A DNA stretch of 62,062 bases, the filler included, from Babesia bigemina (Eukaryota), in NCBI RefSeq assembly GCF_000981445.1. It is 10 parts of 10 records of this genome, joined end to end, with 100 filler letters (N's around TTAATTAATTAA, not from the genome) between each part and the next. Parts side by side here need not be neighbours in the genome. Positions count along the whole stretch, not along the records: positions 1 to 4,992 come from NW_012236997.1; positions 5,093 to 13,152 come from NW_012236998.1; 8 more parts are not named here. One strand, given 5' to 3'. The position numbers and the translations under genes were made by a program. Positions 1 through 12,012 of this stretch are shown here, piece after piece. Numbering within the stretch: position 1 is the first letter of the stretch; the number at the start of each line of letters is the position of its first letter. The notes beneath the pieces were generated by a model that was given only the letters and a program-made list of their open reading frames with translations, ran no database searches and had not been told where the DNA came from.

Positions 1-1436
1 AGTCATTCCTAGATATCAATGTCCAATGAGAATAAAACGAGTTCAATCCACTTCGTAGAGCAAGAGGTTCGTCCAGATGGTATTTCAGTGTCACCTCTCC
101 CCGGGCCATTTGGGACACATCTAACGCAAGGGCATCGCCAGCGATAGCATTGCCGTACAATATTTCGTCGTAAATATCTACATCATAAGATGCAACCAGT
201 TGACGCAGCTTAATCAAGTCTTTTGGCCAAAATTTAGTTTCATAATCATATATGTACGGCAGCTGGGAGAATGAAGTGCGTGGGGTATCGTCAGTAGATG
301 CCGAGCTTATGGCCTGTATTGGAAATTTTATGGTCAAGGTGCTACCAGGATGTAGCACCACCGAACACCACGGCCCAGTGATAGGAAGCATACGGTTTCG
401 GAATATTTTGCTAGCAATATCGCAAACGTAATCGGTTCTCATTCGAATCTCTATCTTGGCCTTCAGCTGACCTGTTTCCGCATCGACGCACCGGCATTCG
501 CCATTGATAGGTGATAATGCCAAGCCATTAAAGTATCGCGCAACGACCCATTTCCCACTCTTTTCGAAATCATTATATAAATGTGGTGTAGTAACAGTCG
601 CAACTTCGTCACTCTTGTTAATGAGAGACATCATGCAATCAGCAAGTTCAATTAGGCCTTAGCAAACGAAACCTATGGGCGATAAGGACATAGGATCCGC
701 CACACATGAAACTGTTCCGGTATCTAGGTCTATGGAAACCTCATTTTCCACATCAAACAGAGGCGAGGGACGGCTTCCACAGCCTTGAAGAGGTAGGTGC
801 ACGGTTCCTCTGTTAAAAAAATACACCCAATCCCGTTCGTATTTGCGCTATCTCTTCAGTAAATGGCGTTTCTGCAGTCCAAGGAAGTGTACCTGGTTGA
901 GTAGCACTAAAGCTGTTAAGGTGACGCTGCACGGTATAGCTCAAAATCAAATCTCTCGGACCGCAAATAAATATCAAGCGGCGTTCATTAATTGCAAACA
1001 CTTCATGAATTGATAAGTCCAAATGCAAAACCGTTTGCGACTGATTAGATTCTATCCAGAAGAGTGTATACTCGGATGCTGAGCGCACCACATTAGAAAG
1101 AGCAACGGAACAAAAAATGCCACGTTCATTCACGTAGGTATTGAGTCGATTGTTTTCATCTGCAGTTGGCTGGGGATGCCAGACATAATCAACGCCGTAT
1201 ACTTGGCGTGGACATATCACAGTTGCAGAGGAAAGATTATCAATATCCATGTGGCAGGTAGCAAGAGCATTGTTGGTAAGTAGCTCATACGGATATCCAA
1301 AGTCGCAATTTAATGAGTTCAGGCAGCTAATCCGATATAACCATATCGTGCTGAATGCCCACAAATATCTCGCCACAAGAAAGGCACCCATTGTGACGAA
1401 CGGTATTGCGCTGCTCTGTAAACGAATTCGTTTCAT
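1..1436 (-). pseudogene. Disrupted Babesia 6-Cys-like/secreted surface protein gene (runs off the window start)
   Basis: ORF 813-1436 has a hydrophobic N-terminus and Cys motifs. After a T7 run (~815-821) coding continues in another frame as NRGTVHLPLQGCGSRPSPLF...IGFVC*GLIELADCMMSL...GECRCVDAETG...PWCSVVLHPGSTLTIKFP to base 1, with an in-frame TAA at 659-661. Family assignment is from recalled motif similarity only. Confidence 0.65.
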
Positions 1437-3179
1437 ATCACTACAGTTTTCAATAACACTAAATGTGAATAAACGAGTACAAGTGTGGCTAAGGTGATCA
1501 AAGGTTTATTGCTTATGGCAATAACCCTGCAAGGATGTCAGCAGCTGTCTGGATGCTCACCGACGAAATTTCCTTCATATCTCCAACCATAACAATCATT
1601 TGACACATGGGTCAGATGCAACAAGAGGCTTTAAATATTCGTGTTGATGTATAATATATTAGAATGGTAGTATATATGCTGTTGGCGGTAGTATCGCCTC
1701 AAATGTTTAGCGATCGTATCGGATGGGAGATAATCGGCGAAATAGTACCATAACCATCTTAACAATCGACGTTATCTTCCAATATGAATTAATGGATACA
1801 AAAAGACGAAATACGCATTTGTTGGAGGCCTGTTGAAGGAACTCAATTGGCAGACTATCAGCTAGGAGACGGTGTTAAAGCCGGCAACCTATGTTATGGG
1901 GAACATTAAAGCCAGATACGGCTATGCCTCTCTAAATGACCATCATTACGAACATTTATACGCGTATTTATGGATTAGACCGTTGAAGTGCGGCGAAATG
2001 GCGGAGCAACGCACATCCAAAATCGATAGCCTGCGCGGTTTCCTGGTGAACCAGACCAGGTGGGAGGACAATGTCAGCAAATGGTCATCGATACCACGGG
2101 TAGGAGTGAAGATGGTAGACTAGTATTTGCCAGTTTGGTGAGGCTTAGGTAGATCATCGTCTGTGAATCCCATCCTGAGACGGCTATTGAGGCAGATGTT
2201 GCGGCAGTGTAGCAGATCACCCTCGAAGGCGCAATCTCCGTCGTAAACTATAAAGTGTCCGAAAGTTATGCTTGTTTGCAATGGTGGACACAACCTTTCC
2301 AGCCACTCTGATGTTTCCCTGTAGAACACATCGGCTTTAGAAATGACATCGGGTGGTGGGCGTCTTGGCGTATTAAAAACTGGCTTATTCAAAATATGCA
2401 GATTAATTCACATTTATCATAGTAAGGAGTGTAATTAGTGTGTTCCAACACAATAGTCAGCCAGCGTATACGGTGGAGCCCACTTGACGACTCACTTGCT
2501 GCCACCAATGTTGTGTTAGGCATGGTGCCACATGTATTCCATATGATATCTGCCAATAACATGAATGCTGCACTTTTCATGATTATTGTTGCATCCTCGT
2601 ATTAATATTGATATGCGTAGTTATTTTGCAAGGATGACACTTGGGTAACAGACGTACCAGATAGATGAGCAGCGTGACTCATATCAAAATCAACGTTAAA
2701 TAAAACCATCGAAACAACGCTATGAAGCGCCATGTCGATTGGTACCATGATGGCATAACAGTTTGTGGGAGGAGTTGCGTATAAACTGCTACTTTGATCT
2801 CCCTCCATCAATGGTTGTATGTCCGGCCAGGTCTATGTGGTGAAGCTGATACCCACTAACGAGATCGACGCTCCACTTTACAAATAACGCAGTATAGTGT
2901 ATCATAGTTAATCTTCCGGTAGTGTATAATGTGCCACCTGGTTACACTGTTTTCGGCCTGGTTTCCGCATTTACCAGGATAGCACCTCACGCAGTTAGTT
3001 TAGGCCACAGGTTCCACTTCATGATAGTTCTGGGAATGTTTCACATCGCTTCAATGGAGCAGTGCAGTTACGTCCAGGACCGCTCCACGGGTTATAGCAT
3101 GTAGAGTATCCATACAACCCAAACAGAGCAAACCGTCCAATGCAGGATACATTCGTGTATGCAGCTTTAAGACAAAGTA

Positions 3180-3182
<3 letters not shown>

Positions 3183-3215
<33 letters not shown>
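3183..3215. repeat. (AT)n microsatellite
   Basis: Perfect AT dinucleotide run of about 33 bp. Confidence 0.95.
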
Positions 3216-3219
<4 letters not shown>

Positions 3220-3699
3220 CAGGGAATCTTCTGCCGGTAGAATGACACTACGCGTAGGTGTTAACATGCTTTACACCAAATAGGCATTCCGGATTTCAAT
3301 GACTAGTTTTACTAAGATGCCCCCAAAGGCAGCTATAGTAACCCGTTCACTTGATAGCTAGCAAAGTAAAACATACCGTTATTTATAAGCTGCGTACGTT
3401 CCACTCAATATATGTCGGCTATACGAAGTGAAATGCTCTCACGTTGCAGCAAGAGCAGCCCAACGTGCACCCTTGCTAAGATTTAAAAGGCGCTGAGAAC
3501 CGTGTTTAACACGATCTGATTGACTCTGTGAAGTGGGCAGATTGCGTAAGTAAATCTGACAATCACTACATTTCATAAATTAAAGATGCCTCGTGACAAC
3601 TCGTTGAAGGGTATATAATGTGGAGCTGGGCTGAGAATATGCGCGTGCTAAACTTTTTTCACAGTACATCTGCGATACCAACTCAGTATAGGGCCCCAA

Positions 3700-4409
3700 A
3701 TCAAGCGGGGGGCACAACTCATCTGCAACACTCGTTTATCCACGCATCCCAACATACTGACGACATTTGACGCACTGATTCTGAAGCGGCAGTCTATTTA
3801 GCTATAACTTACGGCATTCAACACCTCTAGCTTAGGCTCATCATCACAAAATGACAACCACCTCCTCGCTGTATCGCAAGTCGTGTTCAGCAAGGACGGT
3901 GGCCCTCTGTATAACATTGACGCGATTCCCCCAAAATCCGCAGCGCTGTCCTTCGGCTTTCTAAACATTATTCAGTCCGTTGCTTAAGAACTGCAAGCAG
4001 ACTTGTACTGGTCTGGCACTCTGATACCCTCCAAGAACTTCTCAAAAACATTAACAAATTTACTTAAGGTCTCTGTGATTTTCTCAGTATTTGAGTCCAT
4101 GGGATTGACGAAATCGGTAAAGTTTTTTCAACCATAGTTTTAATGAATTTACCCAGCATATCGCTAGCTGGCCAGATGTCCCTATGCTACTGGTTCCCGT
4201 GAACCTCATGGAGATAAGTTTATATTCTCGTAAGATAAATGCTTCTTAGCTTCCTGAGGTTTATGTAGGCGGTGGTATGAGAGAAATTTCTGAATTGCTC
4301 CAACGATGGTCTTTAAGTTGTTCTCGCCATAAGTTCCCTTCAAAGCCACCAACCAGTCAATGCCCTCCTTGAGATTGTGAGGAGCTTCAGTCAACACATT
4401 GTACACCAT
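3700..4409 (-). pseudogene. Short ves-related gene remnant (MVYxxLTEAPxNLKEGIDWL family)
   Basis: N-terminus MVYNVLTEAPHNLKEGIDWLVALKG. Downstream broken-frame remnants read KITETLSKFVNVFEKFLEGIRVPDQYKSACSS*AT, GIASMLYRG and LNAVSYS*IDCR...GCVDKRVL, colinear with the short ves-like Babesia proteins as I recall them. Several stops and frameshifts; 3' end approximate. Confidence 0.75.
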
Positions 4410-4992
4410 TTTGTGATGTGTCCTTAATTTGCGTTATTGAATACAGCAATGGATATAACCCCCTAGTGTCTCAATGGCGCACCTTCATACGTTTGTGGAT
4501 CCGCAAAATAATGCCACAAAGGCACGCCATGAACTCGATAAAGGACAATAGTTATAGCACAGTCTCAACAACATAACTAAACAGATTTTCGAAGTACTCC
4601 AGTGTCTACATGATGGATGATTTGTTTCCTGGATGGTATTATCCCCTTCCAATGGTAGTGAACGTTACGGACAACCTGGAAGCTTTGGTTACGAATACGC
4701 CGTATGCAACACCTCTTCTAGACTTGAATGAAAAATACACACTGCGATAAACGAGTTTGATACCGGAGCATGCAGAGAATGATGATACCGATGGGATCGT
4801 CGGCAACACCTCATTCAACCGCTTGACAATGTCGGATCTCGATGTATCGTCTTATACGTTTTTGTGAAAAGCATCAGACACAGCTTTAGCACGATTACTT
4901 TTCATACTGATAGCTGGGCATGCTCATAATACACGTTTCCTACACAACGCAGCAGTTAAGTTCGTATTCATAGCCACAGATGATCTATAATT

Positions 4993-5092
4993 NNNNNNNN
5001 NNNNNNNNNNNNNNNNNNNNNNNNNNNNNNNNNNNNTTAATTAATTAANNNNNNNNNNNNNNNNNNNNNNNNNNNNNNNNNNNNNNNNNNNN
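4993..5092. other. Artificial contig linker N44-TTAATTAATTAA-N44; identical linkers at 13153-13252, 18974-19073, 25299-25398, 31589-31688, 38874-38973, 45746-45845, 52439-52538, 59809-59908
   Basis: Identical 100-bp spacer nine times, with stop codons in all six frames. Confidence 0.98.
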
Positions 5093-6520
5093 GCTGCCGT
5101 GACCATGTCATCGCTGCCGTGACCATGTCATCGCTGCTGTAACCATTTCATCGCTGCCGTGACCAGTCATCGCTGCCGTAACCATGTCATCGCTGCCGTA
5201 GCCATGTCATCGCTGCCGTAACCTAGACATCGCTGCCGTGACCATGTCATCGCTGCCGTAACCATTTCATCGCTGCCGTGACCAGGGATCGCTGCCCTAA
5301 ACCTGTTATCCCTGCCGGAGACATGTCATCCCTGCCGTAAACCAGACATCCCTGCCGTGAGCATGTCATCCCTGCCGTGACCATGTTATCGCTGCCGTAA
5401 GCATGTCATCGCTGCCGTGACCATGTCATCGCTGCCGTGACCATGTCATCGCTGCCGTGAGCATGTCATCGCTGCCGTGAACATGTCATCGCTGCCGTAA
5501 CCATGTCATCGCTGCCGTGACCAAGACATCGCTGCCGTGACCATGTCATCGCTGCCGTAACCATGTCATCGCTGCCGTGACCATGTCATCGCTGCCGTGA
5601 CCATGTCATCGCTGCCGTAACCATGTCATCGCTGCCGTGACCAGTCATCGCTGCCGTGACCAGTCATCGCTGCCGTGACCATGTCATCGCTGCCGTAACC
5701 ATGTCATCGCTGCCGTAACCATGTCATCGCTGCCGTGACCATGTCATCGCTGCCGTGACCATGTCATCGCTGCCGTAACCATGTCATCGCTGCCGTGACC
5801 AGTCATCGCTGCCGTGACCAGTCATCGCTGCCGTGACCATGTCATCGCTGCCGTAACCATGTCATCGCTGCCGTAACCATGTCATCGCTGCCGTAACCAT
5901 GTCATCGCTGCCGTAACCATGTCATCGCTGCCGTGACCATGTCATCGCTGCCGTAACCATGTCATCGCTGCCGTAACCATGTCATCGCTGCCGTAACCAT
6001 GTCATCGCTGCCGTAACCATGTCATCGCTGCTGTAACCATTTCATCGCTGCCGTGACCATGTCATCGCTGCCGTAACCATGTCATCGCTGCCGTAACCAT
6101 GTCATCGCTGCCGTGACCATGTCATCGCTGCCTTCACCATGTCATCGCTGCCGTAACCATGTCATCGCTGCCTTCACCATGTCATCGCTGCCGTGACCAT
6201 GTCATCGCTGCCGTGACCATGTCATCGCTGCCGTAACCATGTCATCGCTGCCGTGTCCATGTCATCGCTGCCGTAACCATGTCATCGCTGCCGTAACCAT
6301 GTCATCGCTGCCGTAACCATGTCATCGCTGCCGTAACCATGTCATCGCTGCCGTAACCATGTCATCGCTGCTGTAACCATTTCATCGCTGCCGTGACCAT
6401 GTCATCGCTGCCGTAACCATGTCATCGCTGCCGTAACCATGTCATCGCTGCCGTAACATGTCATCGCTGCCGTGACCATGTCATCGCTGCCGTCACCATG
6501 TCATCGCTGCCGTGACCATC
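5093..6520 (-). repeat. 20-bp tandem repeat array (GCTGCCGT[G/A]ACCATGTCATC on +), about 70 units
   Basis: Directly visible, with occasional 18/19-bp variants; truncated by the gap. Confidence 0.97.
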
Positions 6521-6625
6521 AACTTGGTCACCACTTTGGTCACCACGTTGGTCGTGGCATTGGTCAGCACGTTGGTCAGCACTTTGGGCAACACTTTGGT
6601 CAGGTGGTAGGTCACCACATTAGTT
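6521..6625 (-). repeat. 12-bp repeat (GTG[C/G]TGACCAA[A/C/T] in gene orientation)
   Basis: Degenerate TTGGTCAGCAC/TTGGTCACCAC units on + strand. Confidence 0.85.
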
Positions 6626-6743
6626 AACTATTACACAACCACATACAACGTTTAATGAGTGATACAAAACATTAGATTACAATCCGTTAAATAGGTGAGT
6701 AGGTGATGTTAGGTGAGTGTAGACAGTAAACACGTGAGTACGA

Positions 6744-9700
6744 TTATGGCTGCAGGTAAAACACTCTGTTAAGCTTGTTAACACGCGCAGCGGCGAGTAG
6801 CGACTGAGCGGCGATACGATGTGATGAGGGACTATGCAAATGCGATTTGATGTGGAGCAGGTCTAGGCGGATGACCATGATGTGGAGGAGGTAGAGGAGA
6901 GAGAGTAGCCAGAGTGCGACGTTGAGCCAGATGAAGGGGGCGCGGATTGTAAAAATGAATTTGTCGCACGTGTCGAATAGGTCGGTGAAATACTTGGACT
7001 CCAATACGTTCCTCAACTGAGTGCAGAAATTGGAGCACAGTTTTTCTTTTGATTTCATATTCAATGCGATAACGTTGCCAAATGAGAAACCATATCTGTA
7101 GAATGTAGGTGCGACACCTTTGCACTTAACCATCGAATCGCATTTACAGTGTGGGATTTCAGGCTTTTTGTCAACTTTCTCGGTGAGACCATGTTGTCCG
7201 CGTTTGCACTGTCTACTGTTGAGGCAGTTACGGCAACCCCAATCTTGGCAATTAATATTGCAGAAGTCTTGGTATAAATTGTTGAGCAACGTCCAGAAAT
7301 TCCAAGGTAAGTACACTGCCCAGGACAAGTAGGTGTCCGAGTGCGCTTTGGCAACATAATAATATGAATCAGCACATAGGGAAGACATGTAAGGAGCGCA
7401 ATCTACATTTTTCTTGTCGCTACATATGTCACCCGTTGTGAGGTTCTTTACGTGGTTATGCTCGCAACTGCTATGCTTAGTATAACCGGAACCATACGCG
7501 TTAGTTATAGCGTCGGTTAGCTCATTAGGTTGGTCAACTAGATGAATGGACACGTTTTTAATGGACTCTTCGAATGCTGTTTGCACGTCATTTTTGTTGA
7601 GGTTGTCATTATCATACCACCCGCCAACAAGTGACAACGCGAAACCAAAGTGCTCTGGCACACTGGACGGCGGCTTAGGCAAGAGAGTGAACAGCGTCTC
7701 AACTTTTCGGATGCTGAAGAATGAATCGAGTATGGCACATATATCTTTGCCAGTTTTTATGCTACCAGAGAATCCTCTGAATCCAAGGGGAGTCATGCAC
7801 GGTATACCTTTCTTTAAGGTGGAAGGGCAGGTGGCACATTCGTATTTGCAACCAATTTTAGTGAGGTGATGCGGTAAATGCCCGGGCAAGCAATCATTCA
7901 AATAGGACATAAGTGGTGAATTTGGTTGGCAGTTTACTTTGCTGTTTGCCTGGCACTTTGGTTGGCCTGTTACTTGGTCTCTTGAGTGCTCGGTACACTG
8001 CGATTTGCCCATGGGAACATCCATCCCGTACTGACAATCGCGCCATCCCAGATGATTGGAACGGTACTTGCACTGATTTCGCAGGAATTTAAGCGGAGGG
8101 AAGAGCCTACGAAGTACGTCGAGGAACATGTCAAGGCAGCCTTCACCGTCTTGCGGGTAATAGAAGTTGAACGAATTGTTGGAGTAATCGCAGCCGTACA
8201 CTGTCTGAGCGTCGCCGGTACCAGCAATGCAGACGACGGTGTCATACGCTTTGGAGCATACCTCCGTTACGGCTCCTTGTACGCTGTTGTACGTGATCTT
8301 ATCCGGATAGGCTTCAAGGGATGAGCTGTCGTCGACGAACGATACACTGAATTCCTCCTCTTCCTTTTTATTCAAACCGTCGATAATTCCGAGCGTGGTT
8401 ACGTCTCTCATATCCGTATACACGGGATGATGTGGGAGACCCGAAAGCCATACGAGCATCTCATACACGGAACATGGTTGTCTTCTTGCCTGTAAAGTGG
8501 ACAGATAACATACTTCGTTGTACTCATTGACGTGACTGAGCAGGCAGTTGAGGAGGTCAAAGAAATCGAAGTTGTGCTTTTTAACTTTTTCGCCTTCTTC
8601 ATCCTCTTCGTTCGATTCACATTTTAGAAGGTGTTGAGCAATAACTTGGTCGTCGCCGAATTTCGTAGCATTGAGCTTACTATGAATGTTTTTGCCTGTG
8701 AAATCTCTCGATGGGAAGTTTAACTCCCCTTCCTTGGAATCCTTGTTTCCTGCGACCTTATAGCCACAGCGTTTCATGAATTGGCCGAGAGGATTATCGT
8801 CTTCACCATCCATTTCACATATTAATTTGCGCCTCCAGTCACCGTCACACTTATAATTCAACTTATCGAGATCTTCGTGGAGGATGTTGACAATGGTCAG
8901 AAACACTCTAACGCAATTTTTGCCAAGGTCGTTTAATTCACTTGTAAACGTTCCATTCCAAGAGAAATAAACAGCTGGGTCACCGTCGTACTTGTTCACA
9001 TACACCCGCTCCATCTCCTGCACAAACCCCTGCAGCCCCTTTTTGACCGCATCGAGCAGCTCCGGGTGCCGGGGGTTGGCGAAGGCGGAGGGGGTGAGAG
9101 CGGTGAGGGAGGTGGAGAGGGTGGTGAGGAGGGAGGTGAATTTATTGTCGAAATTATACTTTTTATCATCCTTTTGAAGATGTCCAAGTAATTTGTCGAA
9201 GTGTTCTTTGATTTTGGTTAGCTGTATATATGGGTCCGTGGTTTCATTGGTGGTTGCAGGTTTGATCGTATTCTTGACTTGCGCTTTGATATACTCTACA
9301 AGTGGATCGAAATAGTGCTTGCATTTTTCTGTTGCATAATTAAATTCATTTATGCCCGTGAGTTCCGTAAGCTTTCCACGATTGTGATTCATGTACCAGA
9401 GCAGGCACTTGATACCGGATGCTCTGTCTTTGTCGATTATGTTGCGAATCTCGGATTTCTGACTGTCGACAATATTTTTTAATTCTTCGAGTTCCTTCTT
9501 TTTACGGTTGGCGTACAACCATTGAGCTCTTGCCTCTATGTTTTTGGTCGTTATGCTGAATTCCTGCTTCACACGCTCTGCAATTTCTCGCATGGCTTCT
9601 CTTGCTTCGGCTTGCAATACGGAGGTGTAGAAAGCGTTGGCCTTGGTAACTATGGTATTCAAATCGTTTGGCGCATCACCTTCATCGCCAATACCTAGGA

Positions 9701-12008
9701 TGTTCGCAATGCGCTTTTCAATCTCCGTAAGACCCTTTACGGCGGTCTTGTCTTTCCACTCCCCGGTACTTTGTATGCCTTGACTTAAAAAGTCATTTAA
9801 CGTTGTAATGACGTCGTGGCCGACATTATCTTTTTGCAACTCTCCTTGGAGCGCTGTAAGCTCGGCAGTAAGCATTTTGAAATCGTGTGCGATGCCCTTT
9901 ATGTATTTAACGATAAGCATCTTGGCATTGCGAAGTGCCCCGAGTAGGTCGCTGACATAATGTTTCATCTTGGCGACTCTTACTGCATCTATGAGTGATT
10001 GAAATCTAACTTGAAGTGACGTAATCTGATGCTTCACGTCCAGTAAATTATGCGGGAAGCCAGAATCGGGATGTGAAATCGCGGCTGCGAACGCTTTAAT
10101 TTTTGCGATTGGTGCTGCAGCGTCATCCACTGCGGTAGTGAGTGCCTTCTTAATTTCGGATGCAAATGTGGCATTAATGCTGGTAACCTCTGTGTTAACC
10201 GCGTTTATAGCTTCGTCAACTTTCCCTGCAAAATTGGGATGATCAGAGACGTTCTTGCCTTTTTGGTCAATCGCTACTGCTTTCTGGAACCTGGCAAATA
10301 TGGTGTTTTCGTTTTTATCTGAAGACATTAAATCTTTAAAGTACTTCACCGTTGGATATTGTCTCTCGTCCAATTCTTTAAAATCTTCATTAGCTGTCTC
10401 AATAGCATTCTTAAGACCGTCAATGTCTTCTCGTTTAAGCTTTTCAAGCATTTTTTTAATAGACTTATCTTTCTGACCTACAACCGCCTCGGAGAGATTT
10501 CCAATCGCATCATAAACATTATGAAGCAACATTTCAAATTTTTCTTGCATACCAATCAGTTCTAGTCCTTTCACGTGAAATGATACCATATTCAATTTTT
10601 GTTTCAGGTCACCTGTAATTTCTCTATTAAGTTCTTTAATGTTCTCTACATTGTACGTGGCTTGACGTATCACCTCCTCTGCTGACTCCTTCAGCGTCTT
10701 TAAATGACGTTCGGATTTGCTGCACGATTCATCTAGCGCCCTGCTATTGCTTTCCGCTTCATTTAGCAGACCATCTACTGTAATTAATTTAGCTGATACT
10801 TGTTTTTCCGCTTCTTTTTGCACTTTATCAGCATCAGCTGCAATTTTTTTCACATGTGCTTCCAACCTATCATGGACCTGTTGTGCCTTCTGTTTGACCT
10901 GTTGAATAACTTTTGTAGCTTCCTCGATCCACGACTTCAAGTCCGCATCAACTTGCGCCAACTTATCTTTCACATTGGTAATCGGCTTTTGTATCTGCTC
11001 GTTAAACGCTCCTTCAATTTCATTTCCCATTCTAATAACTCGAAAATTAACGAAATCCTTAACTTCCTTCTCCAGCTTTGTGAGCTCCGCCGCCGCCGTC
11101 TTGTTCAACTCCTCCAAGTCCCTATTCCTTGCGTCCTCCCGAAAGGTCTTCGTTGCCTGCAACAGCATGTTAATAGGACATTTCAACTTATCTTTAAGTT
11201 TGGAGTCTATGTCTACTAAGGCGCCTTCGGCGCTCTTCACCTTGGATAGATAATCGTCGGCCCGCGTAGTCCACTCGTTGATCTGTTGGTCGATAGGTTT
11301 TTGTGGCGTTGATTGATCTTTTATGTGCTCTCCAATTTCTGTTTTTATGTTTTCAATGGGCGTAGTAACTAAGTTATTTTTCTCTCTTACTTTCTCTCCA
11401 TACCCCTCCAGCCACGCCTTCACCGCGCCGACAGCATCCACAAGCCCATCACGCCCGGAGCCAATTGAAGATTGTAACATGCTAATAACTGTATCAATTT
11501 TATCTCCACTGATATCTTTATCGTACGTTCTAACTGCATCATCATCTTTCACTGCATCAAACACCCCCAGCAAAAATCCCATCACCCCGTCACACAGCCT
11601 GTCCAAGTCAGAATACACAATCCCAGTGCCGTCGTAGCCTTTGGAGTCAGCGTTGAAGCCGAGGAAAGTCTCAAGGCCAGTGCAGAGGTTATTAAGCAAT
11701 TCAGTTGGATTATTTTTGTTTCTTTCATTTGCTTTTTCAAAGCTCTTAAGTTTCTCTATCTGCTGAGTGATGCTCTTACAATTCGAAGGATCTTGACAAT
11801 CATGAGAATTATGATACTGATTTTCACAGCTTTTACACTGTTTATATTGCTTATTAAGGATATTTAAAGCTTTCTCAGCGGCTTTCTTAACACTCTCACT
11901 TTCACCAACAAATCCTCCAAGCTGACCAGCAAGCTGACCAAGCTGGACAATCTTCTCTTCAACAGACTTAAGAGCCTGGGACTTGGGAGAAGGGTAAAAG
12001 GGTGACAA
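6744..12008 (-). CDS. ves1: ves-like variant erythrocyte surface antigen, tail class A; no in-frame ATG until DGVMGFL
   Basis: 1754-codon open frame with LGQLAGQLGGF, NLCTGLETFLGFN..KGYDGTGIVYSDLDRLCDGVMGFL, coiled-coil region, Cys-rich C-half, TM (PFIWLNVALWLLSLLYLL) and HIKSHLHSPSSHRIAAQSLLAAARVNKLNRVFYLQP tail. Confidence 0.88.
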   Translation of the reverse strand: MSPFYPSPKSQALKSVEEKIVQLGQLAGQLGGFVGESESVKKAAEKALNILNKQYKQCKSCENQYHNSHDCQDPSNCKSITQQIEKLKSFEKANERNKNNPTELLNNLCTGLETFLGFNADSKGYDGTGIVYSDLDRLCDGVMGFLLGVFDAVKDDDAVRTYDKDISGDKIDTVISMLQSSIGSGRDGLVDAVGAVKAWLEGYGEKVREKNNLVTTPIENIKTEIGEHIKDQSTPQKPIDQQINEWTTRADDYLSKVKSAEGALVDIDSKLKDKLKCPINMLLQATKTFREDARNRDLEELNKTAAAELTKLEKEVKDFVNFRVIRMGNEIEGAFNEQIQKPITNVKDKLAQVDADLKSWIEEATKVIQQVKQKAQQVHDRLEAHVKKIAADADKVQKEAEKQVSAKLITVDGLLNEAESNSRALDESCSKSERHLKTLKESAEEVIRQATYNVENIKELNREITGDLKQKLNMVSFHVKGLELIGMQEKFEMLLHNVYDAIGNLSEAVVGQKDKSIKKMLEKLKREDIDGLKNAIETANEDFKELDERQYPTVKYFKDLMSSDKNENTIFARFQKAVAIDQKGKNVSDHPNFAGKVDEAINAVNTEVTSINATFASEIKKALTTAVDDAAAPIAKIKAFAAAISHPDSGFPHNLLDVKHQITSLQVRFQSLIDAVRVAKMKHYVSDLLGALRNAKMLIVKYIKGIAHDFKMLTAELTALQGELQKDNVGHDVITTLNDFLSQGIQSTGEWKDKTAVKGLTEIEKRIANILGIGDEGDAPNDLNTIVTKANAFYTSVLQAEAREAMREIAERVKQEFSITTKNIEARAQWLYANRKKKELEELKNIVDSQKSEIRNIIDKDRASGIKCLLWYMNHNRGKLTELTGINEFNYATEKCKHYFDPLVEYIKAQVKNTIKPATTNETTDPYIQLTKIKEHFDKLLGHLQKDDKKYNFDNKFTSLLTTLSTSLTALTPSAFANPRHPELLDAVKKGLQGFVQEMERVYVNKYDGDPAVYFSWNGTFTSELNDLGKNCVRVFLTIVNILHEDLDKLNYKCDGDWRRKLICEMDGEDDNPLGQFMKRCGYKVAGNKDSKEGELNFPSRDFTGKNIHSKLNATKFGDDQVIAQHLLKCESNEEDEEGEKVKKHNFDFFDLLNCLLSHVNEYNEVCYLSTLQARRQPCSVYEMLVWLSGLPHHPVYTDMRDVTTLGIIDGLNKKEEEEFSVSFVDDSSSLEAYPDKITYNSVQGAVTEVCSKAYDTVVCIAGTGDAQTVYGCDYSNNSFNFYYPQDGEGCLDMFLDVLRRLFPPLKFLRNQCKYRSNHLGWRDCQYGMDVPMGKSQCTEHSRDQVTGQPKCQANSKVNCQPNSPLMSYLNDCLPGHLPHHLTKIGCKYECATCPSTLKKGIPCMTPLGFRGFSGSIKTGKDICAILDSFFSIRKVETLFTLLPKPPSSVPEHFGFALSLVGGWYDNDNLNKNDVQTAFEESIKNVSIHLVDQPNELTDAITNAYGSGYTKHSSCEHNHVKNLTTGDICSDKKNVDCAPYMSSLCADSYYYVAKAHSDTYLSWAVYLPWNFWTLLNNLYQDFCNINCQDWGCRNCLNSRQCKRGQHGLTEKVDKKPEIPHCKCDSMVKCKGVAPTFYRYGFSFGNVIALNMKSKEKLCSNFCTQLRNVLESKYFTDLFDTCDKFIFTIRAPFIWLNVALWLLSLLYLLHIMVIRLDLLHIKSHLHSPSSHRIAAQSLLAAARVNKLNRVFYLQP

Positions 12009-12012
12009 GGCA

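Noticed and set aside
1872..3248. Short ORFs, possibly a decayed or spliced gene
   Set aside because: No recognisable motif or consistent exon structure; 3051-3248 is a translation of the AT microsatellite.
4610..4990. Mostly open + frame (MMDDLFPGWYYPLPMVV...) with two stops
   Set aside because: Cannot be assigned to a family without a database search.
5037..5048. TTAATTAATTAA palindromes / PacI sites and ORFs ending in them
   Set aside because: Assembly spacer; ORF ends at 19021, 31633, 52487 and 52490 are artefacts.
5093..6520. CRISPR array
   Set aside because: Tandem units with no unique spacers, no cas genes, eukaryotic context.
6744..12008. Bacterial Ebh / SMC / phage tape-measure protein
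   Set aside because: The resemblance is only generic coiled-coil; the conserved motifs, Cys-rich half and tail fit the Babesia ves family.
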